A stretch of 64,000 nucleotides of DNA, taken from positions 62,001 through 126,000 of the forward strand of contig JAAOMT010000352.1 in assembly GCA_016748015.1 (NCBI GenBank). The letters run 5' to 3'. Below, piece after piece: positions 20,938-34,022 of the stretch. A program made the position numbers and the translations under genes. The notes beneath the pieces were generated by a model that saw nothing but the letters and a program-made list of their open reading frames with translations, did no database searches and was not told the origin of the DNA. Each line of letters opens with the position of its first letter. Position 1 is the first letter of the stretch. This DNA is from Geosiphon pyriformis uo1. Lineage: Eukaryota > Fungi > Glomeromycota.

Positions 20938-23900
20938 TCACCTTGGCTTATTTTTCTTATTTTTCTTTATTTTCTTTTTTCTTGTTTATTTTCTTTGTTG
21001 TTTGTTAACTTGATTAAAAAGAATTACATGTGGAGATACTGACGTCAGGATATAGCACTGGTAAAAAACCCAGAAATAAGAGTAAACACTTGGAATTAAA
21101 GATATCTTACCAGGAGGATCACCAGCCATTATGCTTAGAAAAAAATTAACGAAACTGCAGTTTCAGAAAGCTATGGATAAAACTATCAATTGAATTTCTG
21201 TCTATTGTACAAAAGACTCAACAAAAAACCTTCAGCAACTACACCTTCAGAAATTACTAACATCAACATATATTAACTAAGCACCAAGTTACAGATTTGT
21301 TATTTGATTTGAAACCTCAAATAAGTATTTGTAACAATGCTTTTAATTTTGGTAATTGCCATTCTCCATATTTTGTTATTATCATATAAACAACTATCCA
21401 AACATTTTACAGCTCTCCTCCAAGCAGGCATTTTTTTTTTATCTAATTACTTATGAGAATTATGTATTGACAAAATTTGTCACATGTTCCTCCATAACTA
21501 GAAATGTTGTTCTATATTCTTTTGTCTAAGAAAGTTTCTCTACAAGCAAGACATGATTTATTGTTCTATTTTTCTTGTCTTTTTGGTCATCTAAAGCATT
21601 CAAGGACATATAAGTGGCAGTAATATTTTGTGACCATTAGTCATTCCTTATTATTGCTATAACATGTACTCATTGTTGATGATTTCTTGCCATAATCAAT
21701 GCAAATTAATTTGGATCAATAATAGTTTGGGTGGTATTAAGTGGTAATGGTATATAATGTATATGTGAATGTGGTTGTTTGGGGTTTTTTTTCTTTTTTT
21801 TGCTTTCTCTTTTCCTTTTCTTTCTATATAAGTATTAGTAATAATTTATTGTATTCTTCTTTAGTCCATAATACCTAATATATTTTCCAGATAGGGTTTT
21901 TTTTTTCTCAAGCTTAATTAGTGGCTGTTTGTTAGTGGTGGTCTTAAAATGACCACAAATGGTTGGCACTCATATGTTCTGACTGTTTTGGCTTAGTTGT
22001 AATTCTTGGGTATTTCAGTTAAATACCATGTTGGTTTTAGACAACCAGTTATTACCAATAAGAGTTTGGTACTGGATAACTTCCATAATGAGAACTTTTA
22101 TGGATGTGATAATATTATTAACTTCAAACAGAAAGTTGTCAATCTCACCAATAGAAGTTTTAGTCGTTTCATTGGCTGTAATAATTTTGGTGCTAATAGT
22201 ACAATTAACTTAGCAACTTAATTAGTTTATGAGTTATTGTACAATAATGCTGCCAGTTAATCTACTGTCTAGAATCAGTTTAATGAACTGATTATCAACT
22301 TTGGCATTAGTATATATTGTAATAATGAATTTTGATTTAAGAATGACTTCACTAAATAGAGGCATTTTGACTGGTTTTTTTAATTTAAAAGAAAAAATTG
22401 CAGCTAATAATTCATTGTTAATAATAATTGCTGAAAGTATGTTGTTAGTAAGTATTTGTTTCTAATTAGTTTTTGGTTTGTTGAATTGAGTATTTTCTGG
22501 GGTAACTAAAAGACTTAAATAGTTCTGAAAGCTTGGATTTTGGTTGTATCTAGTTCTCAAACTTTACTAACATGATTCTAAAGGCTGTTGTAATAAGTTA
22601 AGGATCAGTTGGTGGATTACTATTGCTAATTGCCAGTTTTGTTGGGTGTAGGTAATTCTTAGTCTTGGATTTTCAAACATTTGAACTGAGTTTTATGGTG
22701 GTGTTTGGAAGGGTTGAGATTGATAGATAACCTGTGGCTGCAGTTAATAAATAACTGGGGCTAAAATTTGATAGATTAGAGATATATATATTGGTTGTTG
22801 TATTATTTGTAAGTAATAGAGTTGATATTAATCTTAATTTGGGAAATAATTTGGAATTTGAAATTAACAATTAGAATTTTGATATTGGTTTTCTGATTGT
22901 TAATTATTAACTCTAGTATGACAATTTATTTTTAAATGGCCTTGTTTACCATAATTATAGCAAATGCATGTTTTTAATTGCCATGATTAATTTGCTGCTG
23001 ATAATAGATGTGATGGATTCTAAAATTGATTTGGGTTTCTCTAATTTTCACAATGTTGTGGCAGCTGATAGATTGCTAGATTGTTGTTGTTAGCTAAGTA
23101 TCTCTCTATTTTCTGGTTGATTAACTTATTAAATTGTTTTAGTTTAAAATCTAGTTCAGATAATCTATTTATTACTAGATTTATGGCTTGGGTGTGATTG
23201 GCTTTTAATTCAGCTAATTCAAAGTTTTTGGTATGAGTAACTGTATTTTGGAGCATATTTAGGTGCATTAGGTGTATTTTTTGCAATAAACTGCTGTAAA
23301 GGCCTTGAATGAATTAATTTAAGATCTGTAGTGCTGTAAAATAGTCAGTTTTAATTGTCTGAATTTGGCATGGATTTCTGTGAAAATGTTCTAAGTAAAT
23401 AGTAATTGCTTCAGTAATAACTAAGTAATTAATACTATTATGATTGTTAAAATATTGTAAGAATGTGATTTTGAATGTGTTAAAATCTTGGAATTTGTTT
23501 ACAAAATTTTGGTATCATGAATTGGCTGTATTTTGGAGAAAATATGAGATTGTTTGAAGGACTTTGGCATTATCCCACCCATTAACTGTGATGGCTTTTT
23601 CTATATTGTTGAGTCATATTTGGACATCATTTTTTTTACTAGTAAATTTTTCGAGTTTTATAATTAGAGCATAGACTATTGGTGCTAGTAGTAGTTGTTG
23701 TTGTTGAAGTTGTTGCTAAAGTAGTGGTTGTAACTGTTGTTGTTGCTGTTCGGCAATTAGTGCAACTGGTGGTAAATCAATTACAATTACTGAAAATAAG
23801 TTTTGGAAAACAATAGGAGTAAAATTTGGATTGTTTTAATTTTATTGAGTTAAAACAATCAGGTTTTGAATTTCCAGGTTTTCTAAAATTGAGTTTTAAT

Positions 23901-24644
23901 AAGTAAATTTCTGATTTTTATTTCCTTTTCTTCCAAATCAGTTATTTCTCAAGGACTAGCAGCTCTGAAATTAGGTTAAGGTGGCAGTAATTAAAATTCA
24001 AATGGTGTTGGTGATCATGATTTAAATTTTTTAAAGTAATCATCATAAGTTTCCAATAAATTGGCTTTTTTTTGGTTGTTTTAAAATGTTATTTTTGCTA
24101 ATGGTATTTTCACAGTTAATGTGGATGCACCTACTGATGTTATGTTGATGGTACTTTTTGGTGTATAATAGTATAATAAGTGAATAGGGAAAACTATTCT
24201 TGGTTTTTTTTAAGTAAGTTGTTGTATCTTTTTTGGTGTTTTTGTTGGTGTTTGTAGTTTTTTTTTATTTGCAAAGATAATAGAAAATTTTTGTTATGTG
24301 TAATTTCCAATTTTTTTATTTATTTCTGTAATTGTTGGTACAACAAATGATTTGAGGGCAGTGTGGTGCTTTGGAATAATTTACTGTTAAAGTTGTTGAG
24401 AGCAGTTTTTAAATCTTCTTTAGCTCTTATATATAATTTAATTTTTTCATTGATGTAGAAATTGAAAGCTGATTCTGCTGGCCAGTTGTTACTTGTTAAT
24501 TCAAGATAATTTTTATAATGCTAAAATAAGAATTTCACGAATCCTAAATGGTTTTTTCCTATACTTTCTTGGTCTATTACTTTTCAAAATGATTGTTGTT
24601 AGTGCTGGTTTTCTATTAGATTATACTTCACAAGAAGCACCAAA

Positions 24645-25514
24645 TGTTACAAATAATTATTTAGAATGTAGATACAAATAACAAATACATAACTTGGTGC
24701 TTAATAAGTAATCTGAAAGTTTTTGTATCTAAAGATTTTTGTGAAGTTTTTTGTATAATAAACAGAGATTCAATAGTTGTTTTTAGTAGTTTTCTAGAAT
24801 TGCAATTTTGTTATTTTCTTTTTTAGCTTGGTAACTGGCAATTCTTTGATAAATAATGTTTTAAATTTAAGTGTTTACTTTCTTGTAAAGTTTTTTACCA
24901 GGCAATTTTTAATGTCAGTAACTTAGTGCTTAATCTATAATCAATTAATAAACAATAAACAAAACAAAAAAAAATAAAAAAAAATAAAAAAATAAGCAAA
25001 GACAAAAAAAAATTAATATTCTGTCAATAGCCATAATCAAGAGCTATTGGTTCAATGTATTTAAGTATCAATAACTATCAACATGAATTATTAATAAGGC
25101 AATAATAGATTGTAATTGTAATAAGTATTTTTATTAATATTTAATGTTTTCACTTCAAGTTATAGAATACTATTATATAAAGAGATGAATCTGAAATTAG
25201 AACTGGAAGTTCTAAAACTAAAATTCTGTCTTTTCTGCTTCTAATACTATCACTATATATACATAAATTTCATTGTATAAGATTTTTTGAATTTCTCAAT
25301 TCTTTAGTCAGAAATTCTGGAATTTTTGGAATCTTATAATTCCTTAAGAAGAATTCTGGAATTTTGAAATTCTGCAATTTCTTATATAAGAATTTTGTAA
25401 TTCTAGAATTCTGCAATTTCTTTAAAAAAAATCTTGGAATTTTATTTTTACTATGTTTATTCTAATTGGCTAATTTATGTACTAATATATAATTCCTATA
25501 TTCTATAAGTAATA
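24645..25514 (-). repeat. Element A 5' LTR
   Basis: Reverse complement is homologous to the B LTRs and is followed on the minus strand by tttggtgcttcttgtga (PBS). Confidence 0.88.
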
Positions 25515-27432
25515 CTATTATCTAAAAGACAAAAGATAGTTGATTTACTAATAATAAGAGATTTGGTGATAGTATATTATATTGTTCTTTAAGTACTAAT
25601 ATTAGTTGTTTCTCTTTGTTGGAACTAATAAGTGGCAAGATGGCTGTTTTTTCTATAGGAGTGATTGCTAACTTTGTTAGAAGCTGTGCTAGTGGTGGTG
25701 TCTAAAAAAACATGTTTTTGCCAAGTTGGCTGGCTATTGGAATAAAATTTCAAAATAACAATTTGTATTCTCCTAGAGATTTTGTCCAAAGATTATTGTT
25801 ATGACCTCAGAGATACAGAGTTCTTAGAGTTCTTAGAGTTTTTAGAGTTTTTGTTTGTGTTTCTGTGAATTGATTAAATAGGATTCTACTTTCTGGTGTT
25901 TAATAGTATAACAGAGTAATTAATAAGAGAAATCTTGATTTCTTGTTAATTGTGAATTGGGCTTGCTCTTGTACAGCTGTTGTATTATTGGATTTGAACT
26001 CAGATTCTGTGAAGTCGGGCTTTGCTATTTGTCTTTTTTTTTACTTAAGAGTACTATTGTGCCATGTATTTTTCAATTTCTCTATTAATTATTTAAAAGG
26101 TCTTAGCTATGGTTTGAGTGGTGGTTTCTGTTAAGTATGTCAATAATTTTTGGTGTATTTGTTCTTCAATTCTTTTTGTGTCTATTGTTCAGTCTAGTAA
26201 ACAGTCAATTTTTGCATGTAAATATTGACAAAAATTACTTTCAGTAATAATAGCTTTAAGTAGTATTCTCAAATCTTTCCTAAAGTATTAAAATAATGCT
26301 TTTTCATATAGTAAATAATCTTTTCTTACTGTTCTAATAATTGCTACTTTTGTGAATTTTTAAGATGTTCTGTCTTTGTGAATTTTATAATCTCACAGAA
26401 AGCACCAAATGTTATGAATAAACTAGGTAGAATATGGTGATAACATTTGGTGCTCAAGATTTGTGTTTTTAGAGAACTTTTGATGGTTTTTTTTCAATAG
26501 GCTTATTTGATGTATTAGTGTTATTAGTCTTTAAAAATCTGTTTGATTAATATGAATTTATCTGTAAAGTTCTTTGGTTATAAGTCACAGAAAGATGTTT
26601 TGTAGTATTACAACTTTTTGTATGTAAATGTAAACTATTTTCTTCAAGCTAATGAGTACAGTTATTAAGGTCTGGTGATGTCTTTTTGCTCTTTTGGTAA
26701 GCTACCAAGATAATGTTAATATTTAAAAAAAGCTTTACTTTTTTATTAAGCTATCATAAAGTCTATTCTTAGACAGTTAATTTTTCTATATTGCTGTTTT
26801 ACAAGAAAGAATAAAAGAAAATAAAATAAAATAATAAAAAAATAATAATAAAAAAATAATAAAAAAATAAAAAAAGATAAATTAGTATTATCAATCACTG
26901 TAATTAAGAACAATTGGTCCAGATTGTTAAGAGTTTAAGACATTTATGTTAAGAGCATCTGGCCCAGAACAAAAGTACAAAACAATGATTAATATGAAAG
27001 AAACATGGAATAGTTGATAATCATATATTAATGATTTCAGGTTTCAAATAGATCCTTTATTTTTCATAAGATATAATAGTTATATGGAAAGAAAATTGAT
27101 TTTTTTTCTGGCTGGCTTTCTAATTTTTACAACTACTTGTTTTTATATATTCTTTTTGGTTTTATAAGATTGCTTTTTTCATTTTTTCATTTTTGCTAAC
27201 TATTGCTTCACTATTTCTGTTATTATTTTGTTTTTCTATATTATTATTAGTTATCTTATATTTCAACTAGTTATTTTATGCTATAATATATTATTAAGTT
27301 TTGTATTATGTTATTCTAAGTTATTATATGTTATTTTGTATTTTTTCATATTATCCTGTGTTATTTTATGTTGTCATGTTTTTGGTCACATTTTTTCCAT
27401 AACTTTGAATTGGTTTTTTTACTCAAGTAACA
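25515..27432 (-). mobile_element. Element E: 5' LTR (26410-27432), PBS and gag N-terminal region of a third Gypsy family (G family), interrupted by A
   Basis: Minus strand reads ...cataaca tt tggtgctttctgtgaga; the LTR is homologous to 55474-56444. Only one junction is visible, so the TSD cannot be checked. Confidence 0.8.
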
Positions 27433-28740
27433 TCATCAACTTAAGAAATCATATTACTGATTTTAAAAACTGTACAGCCAGAAGGAAAATTAACCAACTT
27501 GGTCTTAAATTTATTATAAAATAAAATAGTTTTATTTTAATTAATCAAAGAGAGAATTCTAATACTATTCTTGTTTATTAACATTAACCAATAAATCAAA
27601 GCAAACACAGCAACATTTAGCTTCTTAAAATAAACAACAATATATTACTAAACATCAACAGATTTTAGTACAATACAAATAATTTCACCAAAAACATTAA
27701 ATGCTGTTTTAATATTAACAATAAACATATTTAAAAACATATTATGTAGTACAACAGCAGCAGAAAAAAAAACACTCTTAGAAACCATTAAATATTTGGC
27801 AATCTTAAGAATGGTCAAGTAAATAGAACTTATAAATTCAACCAAAAAAGCAGCTTCTAAAGACTCTTGAAAAGCAAACTTCACATAAAAGAGCTTTATA
27901 TTGTCTTTTAATACTGACTTTACACCTAAAAAACCATATATAAACTGGAAAATAGTTTTAACATAAGCCAATTTAATCTTGAAAGTAATACTAAACACTA
28001 AAGTAAAGGCCATTCTATCTAGCAAATCTTTAATGACTAGTAATGGTTTCTTAGACATTACTAGTGGCAACACTAAAAACCAAAGAAAAAATTAAGTTAA
28101 TTTCTATCTGATCAGTTCAGTTCTCAAAAACAGATAATTTAACAAAAGACTGTTGTTTTGCTTCTAAAACTGACAATAATTTGCCAAAGAAAACCACATT
28201 TAACAACATAGCCAATAATTAATTTTGGCCTATTTTAAATGACATGTCAGATAATATAATAAAAATTTCATTTAAGATCTTATTAAAAACTACAAAAGAG
28301 TTTAATATAACAATAATAGAGGCAAACAATTGCTTTTATTTTTTGAATTTTCAGTTTTTTTAATTATTTTTTTTAAAAAAAAAGTACTAACAGCATCTGA
28401 TATAAAAACTACAAAAGAAAAAACCAGCTTGTTAACTAGTTTGTTATTAAAAAATTTGAAGGTCTTTGAAGAAATAAAGGCAACACTAAGGCTAATTTAA
28501 GTGTATTTTTTAAGAGAACTTTAACTGGTAAAAAACCAGCCAAAAATAAAGAAAATGCTTTAACAGCTACCAAAAGCAGCTTTTTACTATTACTAACTAA
28601 AAAAAAAGCTTTTAAAATATTCTGTCTAATTGTTTTTACAACAGAAAAAATTTCTCTGGTTAAAACTTTGTAAGATACCAAAGAAAAAATACCAGTTGTA
28701 GCTTTTTTACTCTTTATTCTAATTGTGATTATAAAATTAA
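27433..28740 (-). mobile_element. Non-LTR retrotransposon (LINE) ORF1 5' fragment, degenerate; host of element E
   Basis: ORFs 28436-28681 and 27648-28073. The RRM-like 'HNMFLNMFIVNIKTAFNVFGEIICIVLK' pattern parallels ORF1 of the + strand LINE at ~29230. Confidence 0.65.
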
Positions 28741-30902
28741 AAAGACAAAGAGTTTTTCTAATTTTATTATATAATATTAACTATAATATTAAAAATAAAA
28801 GTAAAAAGTTTTTGAACTTTTATACTAATACTTTAAAGATAAAATAGTTTAATTTTGAAAAGATATGGTTTTTTTTTTATAAGAATAATAATGTTTTTAG
28901 TTTTTTACCACTTTTGTTAACTGGTTTTATTTTGCAATTAGATCTTATATTAAAGAAAAAAAAGTTTTGATTTGGTTAAATTATTTACATTAAACATTAA
29001 TTTTGTAACTGTATTTAATAAAAATTTAAATAAAAAAGTCAAGTCTATTAAAAAAATGTTTTATTAAATTAATAATTTTAGAAAAATATCAGTTTTTTTA
29101 AAATTTTAAGACATTATTTGGACTTTGTTTATATTTAAAGCTAGTTTAAAAGCTATTAAGCAGTTAACTATAAAAAAATTTTAGTTAATATTAATTTAAA
29201 AAAAATCAATATTAGATTAGATTAAAAAATTATAATTAAGAAAATTTCAGTAGATCTTCTTAAATTAGTGTTTAAATTAATATTATTTAAGTTTAACAAA
29301 ATTGTTTTTATTAAAATACAACTTATTAGTCTTTAACAAAAAGCTTTAATTAAATTTGAAAGTTTTAAAGTTACTAATTTAATTGTTTTTAAATAATTAA
29401 TTTTGTTAAAAAAAAATTTAGTACATGTTGTCAAAGCCAATATTAACAAACAAATATAGAATTTAAAAAACTACTATTATGCTCTCTTATATATTTTGTT
29501 AATAAGTATTACTATTTATAATGTTTTAAGTTTGGTTCTAATTTATAATAAAAAAACTTGCTTTATGTCTTATAACTCTATTTTTTATATATAAACATAC
29601 TATGCTGTTATGTGTTTTGAGTTTGTTGTAGATAAAAATATTGTTATTTATTTGATTTTTGTTTTTAAAAACATTAATTTAGTTTGGGCTGATTTATTAT
29701 TTCTTAAATATATTATATATAAAAACTTAAGTTATGTTTTAAATGTTTGCAAAAATAATTTCAAATTATTTAGTTGAAATTTAAAAATATGATAAAAAAT
29801 ATCTTGTTTTTATTTATGCTAAAAAACAAGTTTTTGTATCTTATTTAGTTTTTTTAGTAATACAATCTGGGTTTTTATAATAAGTAATAGTTTAAAAACT
29901 TTTCTATTTATATCATCTTTTAATGTTTTATTAATGAATATATTAGTTAACAATCTTAAAAATAATTTTGTTATTTTGGTTTTGGCTTTTTATTAAATAT
30001 AATAGAATACTTTCTGAAATTTTTTTTAACTGTATTACTAAAATTAACTAATTTTTTTCTCTTATTGTTGTTAAACCACATAAAAAAATTATTTGTTTCT
30101 ATTATTAACTTAATAATAAACATAACTGTTAATAAGCTATTATCTATTTTTTTTGTTTTATGTATTGATTTTAGTATTTTTTAAGATATGTTTTTTAATA
30201 GATCTAAAATTTTGACTGTTAAAATTAGTAATTTAAAAACTAATATATTAGTTTTTAAAGATTTAATTAAATTAATTATAAACAAATTAAAGTTTTTTAG
30301 TTTAGATAATAGTATAGTATCTTTTTTTTGCTTCTAATAAATAGCTTAACTTAGAAAATAGTTATATATAATATTAAAGATATAAATATTTTTATTAAGC
30401 AGAATAATATTGTTAGATAATATAAAAAATCAAAAAATAATATTTTAATTATTATTAAAACCAAGTTTTATTCTAGTGTTAAATCATAAATTATAAATAA
30501 GTTTACAAATATAAAAGTATTTATTTTTGGTTTAAATTTAGGTTATTTGAGTGTTAGTATTATTTTAATTATAAATAAATACTTAATTAAATATATTTTA
30601 AAAATTTCAAAAATTCTTAATAGACTTTTATTAATCTGTTTATTATTTAAAAACAAATAATTAGTTTTTATTTTAAGTTTATATATAAAAACATTTTTAG
30701 AAAAGTGTTTAGATCAAGCAACTATTATTAATTTCTTTGTTGTCAATGTATTTAATAAGAGCATTTTTATTATTTTAGAAAATAATTTTAATAAAAATGG
30801 TATTAAGTATTGTTTTAGTTTCAAAAAATGTGTAGATTTGAATTTAATTAATTTTTTGGTTAATAATTTATTTTTTAAATTTCTTATATAAAAAAATTCA
30901 AA

Positions 30903-31640
30903 CTTTTATTATTATTATTATTAATATTTAATGAGCAAGATCCAAACACTATTTAGTATAATACATCAAATAATCAATCTAAACTAGGCATGAATCATGC
31001 ATTTTTTATATGTGACCAGCCACTTAAGCCAATCAGGACAACACTAAACACTTATATAAACAGAAACAAGATCCCCAATATCCGAAAAAAACAAGTGAGA
31101 CTTGCAAAATCCAAAGCTAGTACCAAATGCTTCAGTAATACCAAACAATCTAACCATACCAACAAAAAGCACTGAGGACAGCCCAAAAACCGAAACCAGG
31201 GCCAAACCATCATGTAATATCAGTCCATTCTTTTCCATAAATGCATAATGCTTAGCATGGACAACTCAAATCTCATTCCTAAAAGCAAAGCAGAAGTTAC
31301 ACACAAAGTTCACAATCTTCTGACCTGCAATCTTTGCACTTTTAAAGATAGACACAGCTTCTTAGAGCCAATTATTAAAAACAAAGCCTTTGCAAAGAAC
31401 TATACACATTACCATATTTGAAACACAGAAGAATAGCAATTGAGACACACATAAAAAGGAGTGAAAAAGACCAGAAAGCACACTTTAAGCAACTGTATGA
31501 GCATTTAACAATCAGCAGCAAACAAAATCATCTACTATATAAGAAAAAGCATAATTTGAGATCTCAATATTACCACAATACAAACATAACACACTGGGAT
31601 AACTCCTGTTATACAAGTACTTTCAAACAGCAATCTCTAA
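30903..31640 (-). mobile_element. 5'-truncated LINE 3' end with (TAA)n tail, inserted in the APE domain of the + strand LINE
   Basis: ORF 31044-31238 is homologous to the C-terminus of ORF 59206-59874; (tta)n run at ~30903-30922; less decayed than its host. Confidence 0.75.
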
Positions 31641-34022
31641 AAATATTATAAAGATTATTGATTTTATTTTTATTTTATTTAACTTGATAAATACACTAAT
31701 TAACAAAAAAATTTTATGTATAGATAAATTTTTTAATATTAATTACAATATTGTTTATATTATTATTGATCTAAACAATTTTTTAAATACAGTTTTAAGA
31801 ACTTTTTATGTATAAACCAATAAAAATCAATGAAAATTTAATATAAAAAATATTAATAAAGTAAAATATAAATTTTTTAGAGTTTTAATATTCAATATTG
31901 CTATTATGTATATTAATAATTTTATTGTTATAAGAGGTTTTTAAATATAAATAGAATATAAAATATTGTTTATAAAGTAGTCTGTCTTTTAGCAAATAAG
32001 ATATTTTTCAAATTCTAATTTAAAGACTATAATAGTATTTTTATTAAATTTTTATCTTGTTTTCACAAATTAAAAACTTTGGTCTTTAAGTTAGTTAAAA
32101 CATTTTGCTTAGTTTCAAGTAATACATTAAATTTATTTTTGAAACTTTGGCTTTTTTTTAATGTTAACAATATTTTTAAAGTAATAATACTTTTTAATTC
32201 AAATATCTATTTTAATATTATTTAGTTTGCTTTATTAAAGACTAAAAAGTTATATTAAGTTTCAAAAATAACAGAATTTTAGTATGCTAAAAAAATACAT
32301 ATTAAGTCTTATATTAATAAAAAAACAAAAAATTTTAAGATAAACAAAAACCATATAATTTAAAATGTTTTAGATAATTTTTTTACAAAGTAGTATTAAA
32401 TTATTTAGTAATTAATAAAAAATTGGTATTAAAGCTTAAGTTACTTAGTCTAAGATAAATGTAATTATAGAGAGTTAAACAAGAAAGCATAAAATATTGA
32501 ATGTAGTTTTTAAAATATAACATCAATAATATTTTTTGCTGACTTATATAACTAATAAGACTTTTTTTGGTATTATGTATTTTATTAGTTTTAATAAATT
32601 GTTGAGTTTAATTTTGGATCTGTTTAATAGAAAAGCAGTTGGTTTTTCTGGTATTTCAAATAAATTATGAAAATATTACAACAAAATAATATTGAATATG
32701 CTTTTAGATTTTATAAACTTTTATTTGATACTATTATAGATAATTATTTTAGCATTGAAATAAATAAACTTATAACTTAATGCTTAATAACTAGTTATAT
32801 TGTTAATAATTTCTGGAGATTTTCGGATTTAAAAATTTTAGTTAAGTTTTTTATATTGTTATTAGTTGAAGTAACAAGATAATAAAAAAAAAAAAAATAG
32901 AATTGTATAATAATAGAATGAATCAAAAAGAATTTAACTTCAAAGAGTGAATTGAATAAGTAAGGATTTAATGTGTAAGATCAGTTTCATAAAATATCTT
33001 AATTACTATTTTTTTAAAGGATAACCAGAGAATCTAAAAGTAGAAAAATAGTTTGTATTATTAACAAATAATAACATATTGATATAATTCTATGTCTTAT
33101 GTCAGCACTTTTAGAATTCAATATTAAATATAAAATGTGCTTTTCAGTTATATTTTATTTAATAATCTTCAGCTACAATTATATAAGTTAAGAAAAAGAT
33201 ATATAAATGCCAACAAGTAATTTTTTATCCTAAGATATTTAAATACTTAAAAGTAAAAAAAGAGAAATTAGTAATAAAAAAAAATTAAAATAAAGTTGTT
33301 ATTTGATTTTTTTGATTTGTATATGCTTTTTTATAGCTAAAAAATTTATTGCTTATATAGCTATTAAAAATAGTTAATAATCAGATTAATAATCAAATTA
33401 TTAATCAGATCAATGATCACTATCTAAAAATAGGGTGGCTAATTATGTAATATCAGTAGTTAATATATATAATAATTAATAAAAACTATGAGTTTCAATC
33501 ATAATATTATTCTTTCCAAAGAAATTAAGTTCTGACAAAATCAAGTTATTTATAGAGTAGTTTAATGAAAAATTTTGTCTAATTCAAAGCTAATTAGTTT
33601 GTTAAAGTTTTTTGTAAATAAGATATATAATATCTGAAGTAAGCTAAGTTTTGTATTTAAAAGATCAAATCTTTGTATAAAAGTTTTGGCTTTTTTAGCA
33701 ATGGTCAAAACTTTTGAGATATCTAATCATATAATGCTCAGAATTTTTACTTGTATCTCTAAAGTTGTTTTCTTTATAAGCTTTATGTTTTCTATGATTT
33801 TACTAAAACAACCATAAAGTTTTAGTTGTCTTTTATATAATAGGTTTTTGTCTATGAGCAAAATTTCTTTAATCTTTTTCCAAGTATATTAGAAGATAAT
33901 AGTATATTTGCTGTTATGCTTTTAAGCATATATTTATCTATTTTACTGCCAATTTTTTTTTCTGATAGTGGTTTTCTTTGGTCTAATAACAGTATGTATT
34001 CTATTATTATTAGTTATAATGG

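Larger units (their letters stand above)
1631..21336 (+). mobile_element. Solo LTR S1 (~890 bp; pieces 1631-2124 and 20942-21336), split by element B
   Basis: Starts tattactcat (tgttactcat with G>A) and ends tgtaaca at 21336. TSD atgc at 1627-1630 and 21337-21340. No flanking PBS or PPT. R/U5 part is homologous to the B LTRs. Confidence 0.9.
1..25514 (-). mobile_element. Element A: degenerate Ty3/Gypsy LTR retrotransposon (dUTPase-bearing B family). 3' part lies left of the window; interrupted by 1631-21336
   Basis: 5' LTR 24645-25514 with PBS at ~24627-24642. Gag, protease and Cys-rich region at 21341-24625; dUTPase and RT start at 1-1626. The reading frame joins across the insertion (IWRMAITKIKS|IISKKIKKIKNNLP), colinear with element B at ~6330-6400. 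Confidence 0.9.

Noticed and set aside
28760-32731. UV damage or sequencing error as the cause of the dipyrimidine C>T bias
   Set aside because: The bias is confined to repeats, scales with nesting depth and spares the nearby single-copy island.
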